Source: Raja brachyura
Lineage: Eukaryota
NCBI GenBank assembly: GCA_963514005.1
Contig: OY740783.1
Coordinates: 26,784,001 to 26,848,000 of the forward strand
Length of the DNA stretch: 64,000 bases
Direction of reading: 5' to 3'
Each line of letters opens with the position of its first letter. Position 1 is the first letter of the stretch. The notes beneath the pieces are model-generated. The model had not been told where the DNA came from. It saw only the letters and a program-made list of their open reading frames with translations, and made no database searches. The translations under genes and the position numbers were made by a program. This document shows, one piece after another, positions 60,487 through 64,000 of the stretch.

Positions 60487-63480
60487 GATACTACCGGTTA
60501 TGAGGCATTTCTTCACTAAAGAATAAAAACACAAAGGGGGAGAACTCCCATTCTCATAATTTGAAACAAGCCTACGATCTTTTAACTTCAGGCATTTCAT
60601 CTGTTTCTAATCTTAGAAAAATAAAGACCATTCAGAGTTCAGTGATTTAAAAATAAACTTGCCCTCTGGCAGGCTGGCCAAAAATACTGAAAACGACAAG
60701 CTTTTATTGTGTGAAATTGCAACTAGAAAACAAAGAGCTGACTCTACTTCGGAAATGCAAAAAACACCAGGATACAAGATATAATAATACGCTTTAAAGA
60801 ATGCTCTTAAACACTTGGTTTCAGATGTGGAAAGATTTTGTAACTTTCACTTGTATTAAAATTTTTGTAGTGTATACTTGAGGGATATCTACCTTGTAAT
60901 AAGAATCTAAATGCAGGAAAAATATGACATCACTGTTTAATTATAAAGTTACTTTGAACTGTGAAGCTCAAACGCGCAAGGTCTTAAACTCTAAATCTCA
61001 GTTATGAAAAATAACAAAAGATGAAAGTCCACTGATAAAAACAAATCCCATAAAGATCTTAGTGCAATAACCATGATGTACCTAACTAATGACTTGATCA
61101 ATTTCCTTAGTTGCACAAAAGCTGATTCAGTACATAATCTTGTATGATTCATTTTGATTCAAAGTACAGCAAACAATATCATCTTTGAGCAGGATAAATG
61201 TATGCAGCCCAAAAATAGAGATCTGTATTGCCAATAAGGATCCTTTGCAATTCTCATTTATACTCCGTTCATTCTTATAACTGGTTCATCCTCAATGCTT
61301 TCTGTTTCCCATTTTGTTTTTGATAAGACGGTGACGAAAACATGCTAGCATTCACCAAACTGCTACCATTCAGTTTCTCCTGGTCTCCATTCCAAATGTT
61401 CTCTTTGCCTTTTCCAGCCCCGCTCTTCTCTACAACTTAAACCGTTAGATTTCTGCATTTTTCTAGTTCTGATAATAGGTCATCAACCAAAAATATGAAC
61501 GGTTTCGCTCTCTCTTTACTGCAGTCTGCTGATATTTCGAGCATTTTCTGTTCGAGCATTGAAATGTTATGTGATTTATTTATTTTATTCTTAATGATTA
61601 ACAGTTGGCTACCATGCACTAGATGGCTCCAGCACTCTACTAAAAGTAGAATTTGGTAGCATATCAATACTGATCAAAAAGTTTGATGTTTTAGATTCAA
61701 TTATTCTGTTTTCAACATTTACCAGTCTAACCCAACTGCTTACTACTGCAAATATTGTAAAACAAAATGTAGTTCATCTGTCTATTAATACAATCACTGG
61801 TTATAGATAGAATTAACTGGATTTACAGTTTATGTATTTTTGCATTTACAACTTCCATTCCCATACAGATTAATAAACAAATAGGTTACAAAAAGTTAAC
61901 GTAGAATGTTAACGTGTTAATGTTCATACAAAATTATTTAAGCTGACGTTTCTAATCATCAGTTCCTCATAGTTTCACTTTTAAAATATTATCCAATTTA
62001 TTTTGATATGATATTGTGGTCACTGCTTCATGACGCATCTTGGTGAAGCATTCCACATTTAAGTAATCCTGTGGAACCACAGAAATCTCCACATTAACGA
62101 ATGCTATTTGATTTATTACCTTAATAATAGTATTGGCTCCACAATGAAGCTTTTCAACAAAATTTCAAATCTTTGTTTAGTCCTCATGCTCTAATACATT
62201 CCCCTTGTATACGTTTTATTGAACATTTGTGGTGTAATTAGCAAGGCTTAACATCCATTTGTGCAAGTATATATATTCTAATAAATGTCTGGATGATGAA
62301 TTTCTTCCACATACCCCTCTTGCATCTTAAATGTTAGTACAACGTTCATTTGCTTACTGCTGAACTACTGGCATTCATTTTCACTATTATTCACTAAAAT
62401 ACATTGAGCACTTTTATTCGATTTCCCTTAACATGTTCTACTCTGGTGAAAAGCATTTTCATCTACAAGGCTCACATTACAAGGAAATTCTTGCTATCGT
62501 CTAAATCATTCCAGAGTTCACCTTTCACGTAGGTTCAATATTTCATAATTGGGTTACTGAAATTCCACACAATAGTTCAACTGTGGTCAGAGCAATGTGG
62601 TTCACCTTGCAATGTTTACATGAAAGTTCCTGAATCTAATTTGCCATATATATGACTAAGAATTTTGAAAAATTGATACGCATAATTGTGATCACTTCTC
62701 CTGTTCATGAAGATTTACTTAATATGGGTGTAATTTCTTCAAAATTTCTTAGTATTCATTTTTGACTGATTGTAATTGTCCAATGTTTCTCATATTTGAT
62801 ATTCCTTTTTGTTATGCAGCAATCCACCTTCCATTTCAATTTAAGAACAAAACAACAAAAAAGCCTTCACGTTTTGTAAAGGCAGTAAAAAATGTATTGT
62901 GCCAGCAGAAAATAATTAGCATTTTGATCTATGAAAATAATTAACAGAGATTTCTTTCATCTCATTCAGAAACTTTTACCAGGTGATCCAATTGGAGCAT
63001 GATGCAAGACAAAATGCCAGGCAGCCAGATCTGAAAGGGATTATGTAGGCTACATTATGTGGGATGATGGGATTTTGTTTCTCGAGTTATAAAATACTGT
63101 ATATGTGGCATGCCATGCACGAGCAAACAATATCACCACAATTCTTTATAATGCTTGATCTATTGATACTTAAAATAAATTATCCTTATGTTCACAAGAT
63201 CATGAGTTTTACTTTCCTGACCTCTTCTAAAATGGAACTTCTTTTCTAGGACAACTAGTGAAGCTAAATTCATGCAATAAAATTACTTTATAGATCACTT
63301 TTAAATCATGGTTGTCAAATGTATAAATAAAATTAAATATGCAAGCAAAAAACTCCACACAAACCATTGGATTGTATGCAGTACAATCTTTCAACTCCAA
63401 ATAGGTGGGGGTGGGGTGGGGGGAGGCTAAGTTTTGAAAAATATCATGTTCCTCATAAATGGTGGTTTTTACAGTCAGTC

Positions 63481-63496
63481 ATAAATAACAGGAAGT
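63481..63496 (+). promoter_or_regulatory. Candidate FOX:ETS composite motif
   Basis: ATAAATAACAGGAAGT: forkhead-like ATAAATA/ATAACA fused to an ETS core CAGGAAGT. Confidence 0.4.
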
Positions 63497-64000
63497 ACTG
63501 CACATTCTGATCCTAAATAACACCCTGAACCACCAACCCTAAACAAGAACTTCATTGATGTTAATGCCTTTTTTTAATAATCAAAAAGCACATGGAAGTA
63601 ACGTAATTCCGTCCAATATTCAAAGATCACAAGGAAACTTTGCAGCCATTTGTGCATACATTTTCACAAAAAACATTCTGAAACATTGCAAGGTACAGAT
63701 TTTCCAAATGCTGTCCAATGACAAAAGAAAGTAGCTGCAACTGCAAGAAATTAATTATTTAAAAATTAGTATATAAAACCACATTATTACTTTTGCTTGT
63801 AGTGTTAACCTCTTGGAAAGATTTAAACAACGCATGCCAACTAGCAATGAAGCATCAATAGATAATATTTTTAAAATTTTCCATATTTAAAAATGGAGCA
63901 TCCGTCGAAAGATCAACTGTTAGAACAGACATTTTGGATGTGGCATGCACCAATCTCCATTTTGTTTTTATAGTTAGTCCATAACTTTTAATTATGCCTA

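Larger units (their letters stand above)
1..64000 (-). other. mef2c: Window lies within the MEF2C transcription unit (introns: <1-22535, 22587-24348, 24536-34733, 34872-34927, 35072->64000)
   Basis: The internal exons are collinear on the minus strand. I could not find the upstream MADS/MEF2 exon (VTFTKRKFG...DIVE) or the next downstream exon (NGYGNPRNSPG...) by eye. Confidence 0.8.

Noticed and set aside
35072-64000. MADS/MEF2-box exon or a nested host gene
   Set aside because: No matching peptide in the ORF track or by eye. All interpretable ORFs are TE-derived. A very short or non-coding exon cannot be excluded.

Overview
Vertebrate genomic DNA, AT-rich. The repeat content (CR1/HER1-type LINEs, HE1-like V-SINEs, Deu-type SINEs, Penelope-derived repeats) points to a cartilaginous fish, probably a skate or ray. 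The whole window appears to lie inside a MEF2C gene on the minus strand. Four coding exons are visible with canonical GT/AG sites: the mutually exclusive alpha1 (34928-35071) and alpha2 (34734-34871) exons, only 56 nt apart, then a 187-nt exon (24349-24535) and a 51-nt exon (22536-22586). I found neither the MADS/MEF2-box exons nor the 3' exons, so they are presumably outside the window. The introns are full of retroelement debris: many CR1 fragments, Rex1/Babar, RTE, Penelope-derived pieces with hammerhead ribozyme cores, SINEs, a MITE and a Tc1 fragment. There is also a very young, internally deleted Gypsy (Mag-like) LTR element with identical 206-bp LTRs and a 5-bp TSD, about 2.2 kb upstream of the alpha exons. 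TE-poor islands carry candidate regulatory signals: a paired MEF2 + M-CAT + KLF cluster, a FOX:ETS motif, a CTCF motif and RBFOX/QKI/MBNL splicing motifs. I see no wholly new multi-gene system. The strongest leads are the LTR element architecture, the intronic ribozyme cores and the putative autoregulatory enhancer. Boundaries of degenerate repeats are approximate and were read by eye.
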